Positions 29,115 through 40,698 of a DNA stretch of 64,000 nucleotides are shown piece by piece. The position numbers were made by a program, and so were the translations under genes. Source of the stretch: Candidatus Bathyarchaeota archaeon (GTDB lineage Archaea > Thermoproteota > Bathyarchaeia > Bathyarchaeales > Bathycorpusculaceae); assembly GCA_963772455.1 (NCBI GenBank), contig CAVYXJ010000010.1, positions 160,001-224,000 of the forward strand. Direction: 5' to 3'. The notes under the pieces are model-generated. The model was not told the DNA's origin, ran no database searches, and was given only the letters and a program-made list of their open reading frames with translations. Positions within the stretch are counted from its first letter, which is position 1, and each line of letters starts with the position of its first letter.

Positions 29115-29957
29115 TTAATCGATTTTTGTTTTTCTCGATTTTTTCCATCCCAATAATCCTATTGGAATAATGCTGATAACGAAGATTAGATAAATCCAGC
29201 TGTTAGCCCCAGACCAGTTGACCTCACCAGCGTAGCGAACCAGAGATACTGCCTGAAGTGTGCCTAGTAAGGTGTAACTTATGTATGCGATTCTGTTGCG
29301 TTGATGGTCGTTTTCCCATGTCATATGCAATGCTATAACGCTGATTCCAATGAGCCAGGCTCCAATTGCGCGGCTCGTCAGCGGGGTTAGCGCCCAAGGC
29401 CAAAAGGTGGAAGCTGTCGATGGAGATATGAATAAGACGATGCCCGTAACCAGCATTATTGTTCCTTGGGTTGCAAGGGCGAGGCGCATCAAGGAGGGTA
29501 ATGTTGCTTTTCGTTTCGGTGTCGAGCCTTGGAGCCTGATTTGATGAATGAGAAGAATCAGCATAGCAATGGGTACAGCAATGTAAATGGCTAACCAAAG
29601 ATAAGCGGCCACCATTGCTGAAAATATTGGGCTGTTGAGGTGGAATTTATCGAGGTGCAATAAGGTTACAACTAAAGTCAGAGTTGTAAATAAGAAAACT
29701 GAAGGAACAGCTATTCGAGCGTTGGCCCATGTCTTCTCTCGATAGGCAAGAAATTCCAGGATAAAGCTGGAAAGATAGCCCGCGCCAAGGAAAGCAGCTG
29801 TCATAAAGGACTGGATGGTCCAAGCGAAGCTTGTGGCAGTCTGCTCAGTGAGAAATGTGAGATCGAGCCCTGCTGAAAGAACAAGAATACTGGCTGCTAG
29901 CAAAATAAGGCGCATGCCCTTCGAAAGCTTAGGTGAAGTTGCTTGAAAAATTGTCAT
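29115..29957 (-). CDS. Hypothetical polytopic membrane protein with internal duplication
   Basis: FAWTI...AAFLGAGY and WPWALTPLTSRAIGAW halves; about 8 TM. Confidence 0.65.
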   Translation of the reverse strand: MTIFQATSPKLSKGMRLILLAASILVLSAGLDLTFLTEQTATSFAWTIQSFMTAAFLGAGYLSSFILEFLAYREKTWANARIAVPSVFLFTTLTLVVTLLHLDKFHLNSPIFSAMVAAYLWLAIYIAVPIAMLILLIHQIRLQGSTPKRKATLPSLMRLALATQGTIMLVTGIVLFISPSTASTFWPWALTPLTSRAIGAWLIGISVIALHMTWENDHQRNRIAYISYTLLGTLQAVSLVRYAGEVNWSGANSWIYLIFVISIIPIGLLGWKKSRKTKID

Positions 29958-30052
29958 TGTTCGTCGTCGTATTTCTCATAGACTGTTGTGGAATATTAAA
30001 GTTTCAGTGTTTCGCATCCGCGAGTTCTTTTCGAGAGGCGCTAATTTAGTGC

Positions 30053-32257
30053 TTATTGTTTGCTGTGGGGTTTTTCGTTTTCGATGCATTTCCATAACAA
30101 TGGTAAAACTTCTTTTTGTGAAGAAAGACTGTATCGTGCTTTGCTTGGAGTTACTCCCACTTTGATTGAGTATGCTTCTTTGGGAAGAGCTGCAAAGAGG
30201 TCTTCGTCGGTGTTGTCGTCTCCTATTGCAAGAATGAAGGTGTATTGTTGTTTTGAAAGCCAGTTCTGTGCTGCTCGTCCTTTATTAATTAGGGAGCTTT
30301 TGATTTCGATTACTTTGTTTCCATTTAGTACTTCTAGGTTAAGGTTTGATATTGATGATAGAATGTTATCTTTGAGTTCTTTAGCGCGTAGAGCGCCAAG
30401 GGTAGGTTCGGTTGCGCGGTAATGCCAAGCTAAAGAAAAATCTTTCTCTTCCACGAAGCTGCCGGGTGTTCGGTCAGCGTATGTTTCAAGAATTGGAAGA
30501 ATTTCTTTTTTCCATGCATCGGAAAGTTGTTCAAGGACTCTCCAGTCTTCTGAACGTTCTTTAATCCATGCTCCATGCTCTGCAGCTAATCCAACTTTTA
30601 GGGATTTGAACCACTCGTCAATGGTTTTTTTGTCTCTGCCGCTGATAAGAACAATTTCGTTAGAAGATGATTTACTAAGCTTGCTTAGCATTTTAGTTAC
30701 ATCTTCGGTAGGTACTGCTTTTTGTGGTTTGGTTGCGAAAGGCACTAGTGTGCCGTCATAATCTAGTAGAATTAGTCTTTTTTTGCTTCTGCTGTAGCTT
30801 TCGACTAGTTCCGTTCGATTAGCTGGAGTCATGATTTGTTGAGCACTTTCTTGTTGTTTGATATAAGCGTCATTTAAGCGGTTGAGAAAATCGTCTGCCC
30901 ACCGTTCAACATTATAACGTGATAATCGTTTTTGCATAATGCGATTTCGTTTTATTTGTTCTTCTATAGGCATAGCGAGAGCTGTTTCTAAAGCTTCAAT
31001 TATGTCTTCTTGATCGTTGGGGTTAACGATAATTGCCTCTCCAAGTTCTTGCGCCGCGCCTGTCATTTCCGATAGTATTAGTGCTCCTAAACCGTTGATT
31101 TTAGTTGCTATGAACTCTTTGGCCATAAGGTTCATGCCATCGCGTAATGGTGTCACTAAACCAACGTCGGCAATTCCATATAGAGCTATTAAAGTTTCAA
31201 AAGGAAGGAATCTTGAGAAATAGCTAACGGGCGTCCAATCTGTGGTACCGTACTTTCCGTTTATTCGACCTACTAATTCATCAATTTGTTTCTTCAATGT
31301 TTGGTATTGACTCACGTTAATTCTTGAAGGAACTGCGACCAATATGAAGGAGACTTTTCCTCGATATTCTGGTTTATTTTCAAGCAGGGTGGCGAAGGCT
31401 TCGAGTCGAAGTGGGATTCCTTTAGTATAGTCGAGGCGGTCAAAAGAAAGAATTATTTTTCGCTTTCCAATCTTTCGTAGAGTGTGTGCCATCTCTTTTT
31501 GAACAAGTGTATTGTTGCCTGCATCTGAAAACCGTTTATAATCTATACCCATAGGAAAGATATCGACTTTTGTTTGCTTTGACCCTATTTGAATTTCCCC
31601 AAGGTAATTTTCGTTTCCTAAAATACGACGAATACATGAAAGAAAATGAAAAACATAATCGTAAGTGTGGAAACCAATTAGGTTTGCACCAAGTAAGCCT
31701 TCAAGTATTTCTTCCCGCCAAGGAAGAAGTCTAAAAATTTCATGCGATGGAAAAGGGATATGATGGAAATACCCTATCTTTGCATCAGGTAAATGTTCCC
31801 GTATCATTTGTGGGAGCAGCATGAGTTGGTAATCATGAATCCAAATAGTGTCGTTAGGCTTAGCGACCTTTATTATTTCGTCACAAAATTTTTGGTTGAC
31901 TTTTTGGTAAGTCTCCCAATTTTTGAGGTCATATGTTGCATAGAGGTTAAAATAATGAAATAAAGGCCATATAGTATTATTTGAGAACCCTTCATAATAG
32001 TATTTTATTTCATGTGGTGTAAGAAAAACTGGATGATACTTTTCATTGCTTAATAAATCAACAATTTGTTTTCTCTCTTCCACCTGTTTTTGATTAAGGT
32101 AGATTCCTGGCCAACCAATCCAAAGGCTGTTGCCTAATTTGTGAATAGAATTAACACCAGTTGCCAATCCTCCTGTGGTAGGTTGAATCTGAAGTGTAGA
32201 ATTCTTTTTATGTATTTGAATCGGTAACCTATTTGAAACAATCAAAATTCTATCCAT
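30053..32257 (-). CDS. Fused trehalose-6-phosphate synthase/phosphatase
   Basis: VSNRLP, GGLATG, WIHDYQL, HIPFP, DRLDYTKG, RDGMNL, LDYDGTL, IGDDNTDEDLF. Confidence 0.96.
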   Translation of the reverse strand: MDRILIVSNRLPIQIHKKNSTLQIQPTTGGLATGVNSIHKLGNSLWIGWPGIYLNQKQVEERKQIVDLLSNEKYHPVFLTPHEIKYYYEGFSNNTIWPLFHYFNLYATYDLKNWETYQKVNQKFCDEIIKVAKPNDTIWIHDYQLMLLPQMIREHLPDAKIGYFHHIPFPSHEIFRLLPWREEILEGLLGANLIGFHTYDYVFHFLSCIRRILGNENYLGEIQIGSKQTKVDIFPMGIDYKRFSDAGNNTLVQKEMAHTLRKIGKRKIILSFDRLDYTKGIPLRLEAFATLLENKPEYRGKVSFILVAVPSRINVSQYQTLKKQIDELVGRINGKYGTTDWTPVSYFSRFLPFETLIALYGIADVGLVTPLRDGMNLMAKEFIATKINGLGALILSEMTGAAQELGEAIIVNPNDQEDIIEALETALAMPIEEQIKRNRIMQKRLSRYNVERWADDFLNRLNDAYIKQQESAQQIMTPANRTELVESYSRSKKRLILLDYDGTLVPFATKPQKAVPTEDVTKMLSKLSKSSSNEIVLISGRDKKTIDEWFKSLKVGLAAEHGAWIKERSEDWRVLEQLSDAWKKEILPILETYADRTPGSFVEEKDFSLAWHYRATEPTLGALRAKELKDNILSSISNLNLEVLNGNKVIEIKSSLINKGRAAQNWLSKQQYTFILAIGDDNTDEDLFAALPKEAYSIKVGVTPSKARYSLSSQKEVLPLLWKCIENEKPHSKQ

Positions 32258-32421
32258 AAAAACTCGGCTCGGAATGATCATTAAAGTAAATTTTCTTGAA
32301 TAAGTTTTGTGGCTAAACTTATTGAATAGTTAAAAGCCAGAAACTTGACAAACATTATTATCCGCGTGCAGTGATATTAATTTGTCGCAAGCGCGCCATC
32401 GAATTTCTGAAGGTTATTTTT

Positions 32422-33654
32422 ATGTTACATGTAGAGCAACTTAGGAAAATCAGTCTTAACGATTATGTAGCAGTTGTTGGAGAAGAAGAAGTCAATTCGG
32501 TTAAGGCTTTAGCCGAGAAACTGAAGGGAAAATCTGTTACACACGTCAATTCTACTGCTTACGGGGGCGGAGTAGCTGAAATGCTCCACAATCTGGTCCC
32601 GTTAATGAAGGATGTAGGATTGGATGTTCACTGGGAAGTCATCAAAGGATCATTAGATTTTTTCAATGTAACCAAAAAAATTCATAATGCCCTCCAAGGA
32701 ATGAACATAGAACTTACACCCGAAGAAATCAGAACATACCTGGAGTATAACAGACAAAACAGCGAATCGACAATATTGAATACTGATTTTGTAGTGATTC
32801 ATGACAACCAGCCGGCTGCTATGATTCAGTTTCTTCCAGCAAGGAATGACAAATGGATTTGGCGATGCCACATAGACCTTTCAACTCCGAACACGTCAGT
32901 TTGGGGTTTTCTTGAACCCTACATAAGTCGCTACGACGCAGCAATATTTACTTCCGAAAAATACGTCATCCCAAGTTTAAAGGTTCCAAAAATACTCATA
33001 AGACCGCCGTCAATTGACCCTTTAAGTGACAAGAACAAGGAAATTCCCGCAGAGACGGTTTCAGCGGTCTTAGAAAAGTTCGGTGTAAACCCTGAAAAAC
33101 CTATTATTACTCAGGTTGGGCGTTTTGACCCTTGGAAAGACCCCTTGGGAGTCATTGACGTTTACAGATTAGTGAAAAAGGAAATTCCTCAGGTTCAATT
33201 GCTACTCATCGCAGGCATGGCCACAGATGACCCTGAAGGATGGACTTACTTTGAGAAAACAGCCCGGCACGCAGGAGACGACAACGATGTTCACCTCTTA
33301 ACAGACCTTAAAGGCGTCAACGACATTGAAGTAAACGCTTTCCAAAATGCTTCGGACGTGATGCTTCAAATGTCCACTCGAGAAGGCTTCGGACTTACCG
33401 TAACTGAATCCCTATGGAAGGGCATTCCGGTAGTAGGAAGGCCTGTCGGAGGAATACCACTGCAAATAATCAACGGTACAAACGGTTACCTAGTGAATAC
33501 AGTGAACGAAGCAGCCGAAAAAACAATCCATCTGCTAAACCACAAAGAGGAAGCTCAACAGATGGGTGCAAAAGGCAAGGAACACGTCAAAAACAACTTC
33601 TTAATTGTTAATGATTTAAAAGATTACCTTAAACTTTTCATTGATCTCTTATAA
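32422..33654 (+). CDS. treT: Trehalose glycosyltransferring synthase
   Basis: HVNSTAYGGGVAEML, WRCHIDLS, PSIDPLSDKN, RFDPWKDP, REGFGLTVTE. Confidence 0.92.
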   Translation: MLHVEQLRKISLNDYVAVVGEEEVNSVKALAEKLKGKSVTHVNSTAYGGGVAEMLHNLVPLMKDVGLDVHWEVIKGSLDFFNVTKKIHNALQGMNIELTPEEIRTYLEYNRQNSESTILNTDFVVIHDNQPAAMIQFLPARNDKWIWRCHIDLSTPNTSVWGFLEPYISRYDAAIFTSEKYVIPSLKVPKILIRPPSIDPLSDKNKEIPAETVSAVLEKFGVNPEKPIITQVGRFDPWKDPLGVIDVYRLVKKEIPQVQLLLIAGMATDDPEGWTYFEKTARHAGDDNDVHLLTDLKGVNDIEVNAFQNASDVMLQMSTREGFGLTVTESLWKGIPVVGRPVGGIPLQIINGTNGYLVNTVNEAAEKTIHLLNHKEEAQQMGAKGKEHVKNNFLIVNDLKDYLKLFIDLL

Positions 33655-33823
33655 TTTTGAAAATTTGGCAAAAATTCGGATAGATCGATTCAAACTGCAG
33701 AGAAATCAAACCCCAACGTATGCAATGTCTGATTGTACTTGACAATGAAAAAGGTTCATATTGAAAGTCAAAGATTTTGCTAAACCCTTTTATTGGAAAT
33801 ATTATTTTGGTATTCGTTAAGGT

Positions 33824-34009
33824 ATGAACATGGTAGAAATCAAAGTTAATGAAAAATGCAATGGATGCGAAACTTGCGTAAACGTCTGCCCAGTATGCGT
33901 TTATGAAATGAAAAATGGCAAATCTGTACCTGTTAGGGCCAGTGACTGTATAGTCTGCCGCACTTGCGAATCCTCATGTCCACAAGGCGCAATTCAAGTA
34001 ATAGAATAA
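33824..34009 (+). CDS. 2[4Fe-4S] ferredoxin
   Basis: CNGCETCVNVCP and CIVCRTCESSCP. Confidence 0.93.
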   Translation: MNMVEIKVNEKCNGCETCVNVCPVCVYEMKNGKSVPVRASDCIVCRTCESSCPQGAIQVIE

Positions 34010-34289
34010 GACTAAGATTTCAATTTCAAGTCTTTTTTTTGTCTATTAGTATGGTCTACTATTGAACATGTATAGTGGGAAAAAGCTCAAAAGGACCAGT
34101 GACCTCTCTGGCACTGATTGTAGAGCCTTTAGGAGTATAGCTACAAATTATCTCGTGCGTGAGCTTTCTAACTGTGGGTTGGCTGTTGACGTTGACAATA
34201 TCTAAAACGACTTTTTAGTTTTGATAGTAAAGTTTCTATATCAAATGAACTATCCCTATGCAATGGGCTATCGCGGGTAGTAGGTAATC

Positions 34290-34365
34290 GCGGTTGTAGT
34301 CTAGTTCGGTAGGACTGCAGCTTCCCAAGCTGTCGACTCGGGTTCAAATCCCGGCAACCGCACCA
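34290..34365 (+). tRNA. tRNA-Gly (CCC), intronless, CCA encoded
   Basis: GCGGTTG/CAACCGC acceptor stem, GCAGC-TTCCCAA-GCTGT anticodon arm, CGGG-TTCAAAT-CCCG T arm, ACCA end. Confidence 0.96.
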
Positions 34366-34421
34366 CCACAATTATCGGTAATGATTTGGGTTTGGGTCGC
34401 CTTTCTTTTTCCCATTTATTT

Positions 34422-34971
34422 TCATCTTGGAACCACTGTAACAAACTGTTCAGGTGATAGTTCCACAGTTGCGTAAACTGCTAGGGCTATGCTCCAGAAG
34501 ACATCGTCGTGTGTCCCATTGGGGTATGAGTAGCCTATATTGCCATCTTTACGTAAATCGTAACGTTCAACGTTTAACTCAGTGCATATGTCTCCTCGAT
34601 AGGGCTTTTCCCAACTTAGAGGCGGATAAAAAAACTTGTCATTCGACATTCGCTGTTTTAGCAAACTTGCTATTTCGCTTTTTCGGGGAACGCTAAAATT
34701 TACGCCTTCAGCGTTGTCTATGCCAGAATTTACCATTTCATTGATTATGCTTGGTCCTTCACGGGTGTAATCGACGCGGATTTTATCAAAACCGCCAAAA
34801 CGATCTTGAACCAACTTGATAAATCCCAATACATGCGCGTATGTGGTAGGTTGATGAAAAATCTTCAAGAACCGCAAATAAATCCTATCATTAAGGCTTT
34901 CCACAACGCTAAAAACGCAGTAATAGCGAGTTTGCGCAAGATTCTAAACCACCAAAGAACCTGCCCTCATA
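34422..34971 (-). pseudogene. Terminase large subunit nuclease-domain remnant
   Basis: FFGGL/(D)LAQTR.YCVFSVVE across a frameshift near 34942, RVDYT..G, HDDVFWSIALA; no ATPase domain. Confidence 0.75.
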
Positions 34972-35146
34972 GACTTTTTAAGACAATGGTGGGCAAAGGT
35001 GCATTCTTTTTGAGTTTAGCCCTAAAGGTGTCAACATCAATAGGACAAGGCGCAGATGCAGAGCTAACAGTGGGATGATGGTCTATGATTGGAACCTGAA
35101 AGGTGATATGATCAGGGGGTGCATGGTCGATAATGGGTTCGGGAGT

Positions 35147-35180
35147 TGATGCAACTGATGCAATTGATGCAACTGATACA
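35147..35180. repeat. 9-bp tandem repeat (TGATGCAAY), about 3.5 copies
   Basis: TGATGCAAC TGATGCAAT TGATGCAAC TGATACA. Confidence 0.7.
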
Positions 35181-35258
35181 GCAGTGGTGGGGGAAACTGC
35201 TGCTGCATCAACTACAGATAGAGAATTAATAATTCATTCTTGTTAAGCTGTTTGAAAG

Positions 35259-35450
35259 TTAAGTTTTTTCTTCTTTGTTTGAAGATAAAATTATTGTTAC
35301 TATTAAAGCTACAAAAACTAATGCTCCAACTGGAAGAAATACTCCAAACAGAATATCTCCAAGTGACTCAGCAAACACTATCATATAAACGGTAGCTATA
35401 ATGGCTACAGAAAACCAACAACTTACAATTGCTGCTGTCTTGAATTCCAT
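35259..35450 (-). CDS. Small two-TM membrane protein
   Basis: 63 aa, two hydrophobic helices, AGGA upstream. Confidence 0.6.
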   Translation of the reverse strand: MEFKTAAIVSCWFSVAIIATVYMIVFAESLGDILFGVFLPVGALVFVALIVTIILSSNKEEKT

Positions 35451-35620
35451 AAAACATTCCTAAACCTCTTTAGAATATCAGACTATTTATAGTTGGTTCT
35501 AGGTAAACAAACCACATTGGCTTAAGATATCGCTAATAATGTAGAGAATTTTATTCTAACGTGCATTCGTTTTATCCACAATAAAATAGATTGTTTCTGA
35601 TGATATTGGATGATGATCAC

Positions 35621-35821
35621 TTAATCTGCTTGCTTCTGTCCGCATTCTGGGCAAAAATGCATTGTAGAATCTATTCGAGTACGGCATTTAGGACATATTT
35701 TAAGAATAATCGGTTGATGTAGTAGTGTGCCGCAAAAGTTGCAGTAGTTAGAAATCGAAGCTACTTGAGACCTGCATTTTGGGCACTCAATAAATTGAGA
35801 ATTAGTTGGGACGGGCAACAT
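35621..35821 (-). CDS. Double zinc-ribbon protein
   Basis: CPKC, YCNFCG, CPKC, FCPECG. Confidence 0.8.
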   Translation of the reverse strand: MLPVPTNSQFIECPKCRSQVASISNYCNFCGTLLHQPIILKICPKCRTRIDSTMHFCPECGQKQAD

Positions 35822-35874
35822 GATGAATGCAGAAAAAATCTTCTAACACCACACAATAAAGAGTGAATCGATGG

Positions 35875-38209
35875 TTATTTTAGGATTTTGAAAATGACGT
35901 ATCGGTCGTTTGAGTAGATTAGCTGTAAAAGTTTACTTTTAATCATTTGAGTGTCAAGTTTATTTCGATCGTAAACGATGAAGCCTATTTGGTTTTCTTG
36001 GATATAATCACGGAAACTTCGAGATGCCACAGTGAATGGGGCTGGTTCAAAATTGAATAATCCTTGCAATGTATCCTGCGAAAGTGTTGGAAAACTGTTT
36101 TTTGACATAGTTAGAACTTGGTAAGAACGCGAAACAGTTTGGTTCACGTTTAGGTCGTTGAATTGATATTGGAACCTGACTGCGTCAATCTGCCGATTTG
36201 CCAAAACGCCGATGTTTCCCCATTCGGGCAAATCATTAAATTTAAACGCAAAAGCCAAATCATCTTCGCTGTCATAGACTCCAATGTAATTATCTTTCAA
36301 GTTTGCATTTGCAAAGCTGGCTACAGCCCAGTCAGTTCCATCAGCGGTCTTTATCGGTGAAGGTGCATCCCATGGGTTAACCCAATCCAACAAACCAGGA
36401 ATTTGGACCTTGTCAAAGTGATACTTAAGATCAAAGAAAGTGCTCAAATAAAGTGAAGCATTCACGATTTCACTCTTTATTGGCGTTAGCATCCAAGATA
36501 CTTTAAGCGGATAACTTGTATTTTCAACAACCACCGTCTTTGTTAAAACAATAAAATCGTTAGAGTAAATATACTCAATCTTTTTTGGCATACTTTGCTC
36601 ATCAAAAATAAGTTGTTTACTCAAACTCGAGAGTTTAAGTTCATAATCTGTGCCATTTACGGTGTAGGCAAGTAAGTCTCCAGTGCCTGAAACAAAAGAA
36701 ATCCTGCTCCAAACCTGATCAATAGAAACATAGGTTTCTTCAGCAATGTCGCCTTTGGCCTCATAACCTCTAATTAGAGTATTTGGATGCTCAACTTCAT
36801 AAGACAGACTCAAAACTGACTCAGCAATTTCATTTCTCTGCACCGTATGATCTGTTTGCGCAATCACGCTCTTGCCTGAAAACTCTTGGAACCAAAAACC
36901 AGGAACCTCAGTCACAGTAACATTGCCATTAAATTCAGGGTAATTGGATCTTAACCAAACTCCAGCATCATACGCTTTCAAGTCTGTAGTAGAATAGAAA
37001 ACACTGGCTTCCATAATTTTTCCATAAACTATGTCGGAACGATAAACCACCATCACAGACAACAAAACAATTATGGAGACAGTGATTATTTTCACCCAGT
37101 TTTTCTTAAAAATCTGTCTTTTTCTAAGATAGTAAGCTGATACTTTATCAGACTATGAAAACAACGGAAATGCTTGCAAGAATCGCCATCAAAGGCGTCA
37201 AGTAATAGACAAACCAACTAAAAGGCATGTACAAACCAAAAAGATACGATTCAGCAAAGAAAAACGGCACAAAAAAACCAAGAAACAAAGTGACAAAGAG
37301 AATGAGTTTCTTCTGTTTCTTTAAAACATAATAAGAAACAAAAATACCGCCCAACGCCAAGAAAAATATAAAGCCAAAATTAATTATAAAAGCGTTAAAA
37401 CTTACAGCAGGAATCTGATACGCGTAGGCTTTTATTGCGAAAAACACGTATTCAATAACAATATCAAGATAACCAATCATGGCTTGAAAATAATAGAGGA
37501 AAAACGCTATTCCTCCACCTAAAATTAATGCCAAAACAACTTTTAGGTAAGCGCCTTTGGATTTTATTAACATAAAAATCAAAATCGGCGGCATTATGAA
37601 AATTGAGAGAAACGCTGCAAGCTGATGAGATAAAACAACTCCGAAAGCCGCAAAAAAAGTTACAACCAAGAATCCAAAACGCTCAACCGCCAAGGGTGTA
37701 TAGAGAAAAACCAAAACCATAAACGCCAAAGCTAAAACGGTAGTATAACCGCCGAATTGGTTAACCTCAAACATAGGAAAACACATCAACAATAAAACAG
37801 CAGCTACAGCCCCAACTCTTCTGTCAAAAAATCTTCTACCAATCAAATAGACAGAGAGAAACAATAGCCAATCAACTATTACTGCTAAAATTTTAACTAA
37901 AAAGATCATTTGACCAATGTCGGTTGCTCCTGTAAGAGAAACAAACATTGCAAGCACAATCTCATAGAGCGGCGGAGTCCAACCCAGATTAGCTAAAGGA
38001 ATTTTTCCAGTATTTAAAAAAATTTGTGCTTTTTCAAGGTGAACTGCAGGATCATTTCCTAAAACCACACCGTTCATTGATATGAGCACATAGAATATGG
38101 CAAAGATCAATGCAGAAAAAATCGCAACGAAAGCAAACTCGATTTTTTTCTCACTATACTTTGCACGCAAAGAGGCGATAATGCCAACTTGACTACTTGA
38201 GGTTCCCAT
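35875..38209 (-). CDS. Large polytopic GT-C-like (PMT/ArnT/STT3-like) protein; +1 frameshift near 37150
   Basis: LGNDPAVH after TM1, WTPPLYE, SHQL, many TMs, then soluble domain ending LIYSNDRYVIFKI. Confidence 0.65.
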
Positions 38210-40591
38210 TGACTTTAAAGATGGCGATTTCGTTGTTAATAACTTTGCTACTTTCCGCATCATTCATGTATACCAAGCTAAATGAGGGGTCTTTGAGGAA
38301 TTTGGGATACAAGTCTGGATATCGGCATGCAATGTATGAAACGTTATAGCTTTTTATTTCTGCTTTGTAATTGAAGACTTGCTCAAAATCTACGTTTTCT
38401 GTACTTTGATAAGAATTCAGGTTGAGAGCCAATTGATTGTTTAATAAACTGCTTTTTCTTGCTTGATCACGATAAATACTCAAGTCATCAGAAATTGAAT
38501 AAGCACTAGCCGAAATTTGCGTTTGCGCATGTTGTTTTCCTTCCAAGTTGTATTGTAATAGTATAATGCTGCAATGGATTTCCAAGAAATATAGGTCTTT
38601 CTCTGGTTGATTTGAAGTAAAGATTAATTGACCAATAACTTTGACATCTTCAGCCAACAAACCAATCGTCTTCGGGTCACCAATTGAAATTTATTCTTTT
38701 CCATTACTCTTTACGTTTACAATCAAGCCAATCCAAAACAACCCCAGGAACAGTAGAATCTATTGTCGTTGTTAAATTCACAAAACGTTGTCCCCTCATG
38801 GACAGTAGTTTGCTGAGTATAATTGAAGTATTCGTTGCCTCTGATAACTGTTGTAGTTGCCTCAAGAATGAGACTTTGATTGTAATCAGCAACTGTTGTT
38901 TTCATGCCCATCTCTTTTACTTCAAGAGCATCAAGATACACCGATTGATTGCAACGTTTCATTGAATTCCATTAATATGATACCTGATTTGGGTTTCATT
39001 GCTGCTAAAAATAAAGAAAGAATAGGGGTAATACGTCCAGTTAAGCGTCGCCAAAATCTCAGGATTATGCCTTACAAGGTATCCGCCATCTTCTCGAACT
39101 TGAACCAACCCATTATCAATCAAATAATCCGTATCGAGTAGGTTTCTGGCAAACAAGGTTTTGTTGTATTCATCATTATTCGTTAAATACTGTGGATCAA
39201 CAGCACTATAGGTGGGTCGCTGAGCAAAACCCGCCAAACCACCAACCATACAATGCGTCGGAGACAAAAGTTGCATCTGTAGGTGTATTGGTTTTTGCCC
39301 ATTGAATTGCTTCAAAACCCTGATCATCCATAGTTTGATAGAATTGCTGAATTGATTGTCCAGCATTATATACTGGACCCATAAAAATAGGCAATGCAAC
39401 AAAAGAGATGAGAAGGAAAAACAAAACAAACACTGAATAGATTCTCTTTTGCGTTAAAGATGATAAGAAACGTGTAATCCTTACATTGGTAACTTTGTCT
39501 GCTCTATTAACCAAAGGAATTAACTTGTTTACGACCTCTGCAAAAAAACCCGAACCATGCTCAATTAATACAGCTGTAAAAATAATTAATGGCAAAATTA
39601 GGTAGTATAGAAAACGGTTAGAATCAATCGGGAACCCCACCAAATAACTAAATGTCATCACTAAGGGCACAAAAAGCCACATGGACAAAACAAACGTTGG
39701 CAAAACAAGAAAACGCCCAAAATATTTTTTTGAGAAAACAAGAAATCCAGCAAGGACACCAAAAAGAGGTAACAATAATTCAATCGGCCACGTTTGGGTT
39801 GCAATAGTCGCTAAGTCAATTGTGTTTGGACTTGCAGGATCAACAGACAACGAAGAATTATGCGATAGATAAACAGGAACAGCTTGAATAATGAACGGAG
39901 CAACCAGGATAGCACCAAAAACAACTGGTAAAAGCCAATAGAACCCCGTTTTTCGAGTGGTTCCCAACCTTTTAGGCGTTATGAACACAAAAAGCACTGA
40001 GAAGAAGATTAAAGCAACAAAAACAGCTGCACTTAATGAATGCGTTAAAAATATTGAACTTGCAAAAATCGAACCAGTAACCAAGAAAGGTACTTTTGAA
40101 AAGCGCTCTCTTTGTACATACAAGTACAATGTCAAGGGGATTAACAGAAGTGTTATGACGTTTGGGTATCCCCCCCACATAAGCATTTCAATGTCGAAAC
40201 GCGAAATCGCCGCTAAAAAAGCAACGATGTAAGCTGCTGGCTCTGACCAAACAGATTTAGTGATCAAAAATGCAGCAAAAACAATCAATGAAGAAAACAA
40301 CGAAACAACTAATGTTTGGGCTATATAATCAGGTAAACCAGTCATCAATATTATACTCGAAGTAAAAATGTGGTATCCTGGAAAAGTAAGTGATATTCCT
40401 CCACCCATGTGAAAAAAATTATAGAAGAAATCAACGTTTCCATGACCAGTAATTGAGTAAATTACGCTATTATGTAAACCAATATCAGCGCCAGAAGGAA
40501 AACCATCCCACAGCATCAGAACCAAACGATAAATGAAGGAAAAAGTAAAGATTAACAACAATAAGAGATACTTTCTGTTTACTTTGAGCAT
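38193..40591 (-). CDS. Paralogous GT-C-like membrane protein, broken by several +1 frameshifts (38680-39240)
   Basis: PSGADIGLH, FPGYH, WGGYPN, THSLS, EAIQWAKTNTP, SDALYGWWFGGF; five ORF-track pieces are collinear with the downstream paralog. Confidence 0.6.
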
Positions 40592-40698
40592 TTACTTTCC
40601 TGCTTGGTCGCTTACTATGGACTTGTTGGTAAAAGGTTAAATATTGATTTCGAGTATAAAAAGCCCAGAGTATCTAAAAAGGAAAAAAAGGTGTTTAA

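Noticed and set aside
34168-34371. 67-aa minus-strand ORF
   Set aside because: Antisense to tRNA-Gly.
35147-35180. Short repeat as a CRISPR remnant
   Set aside because: 9-bp units with no spacers; no array or cas genes in the window.
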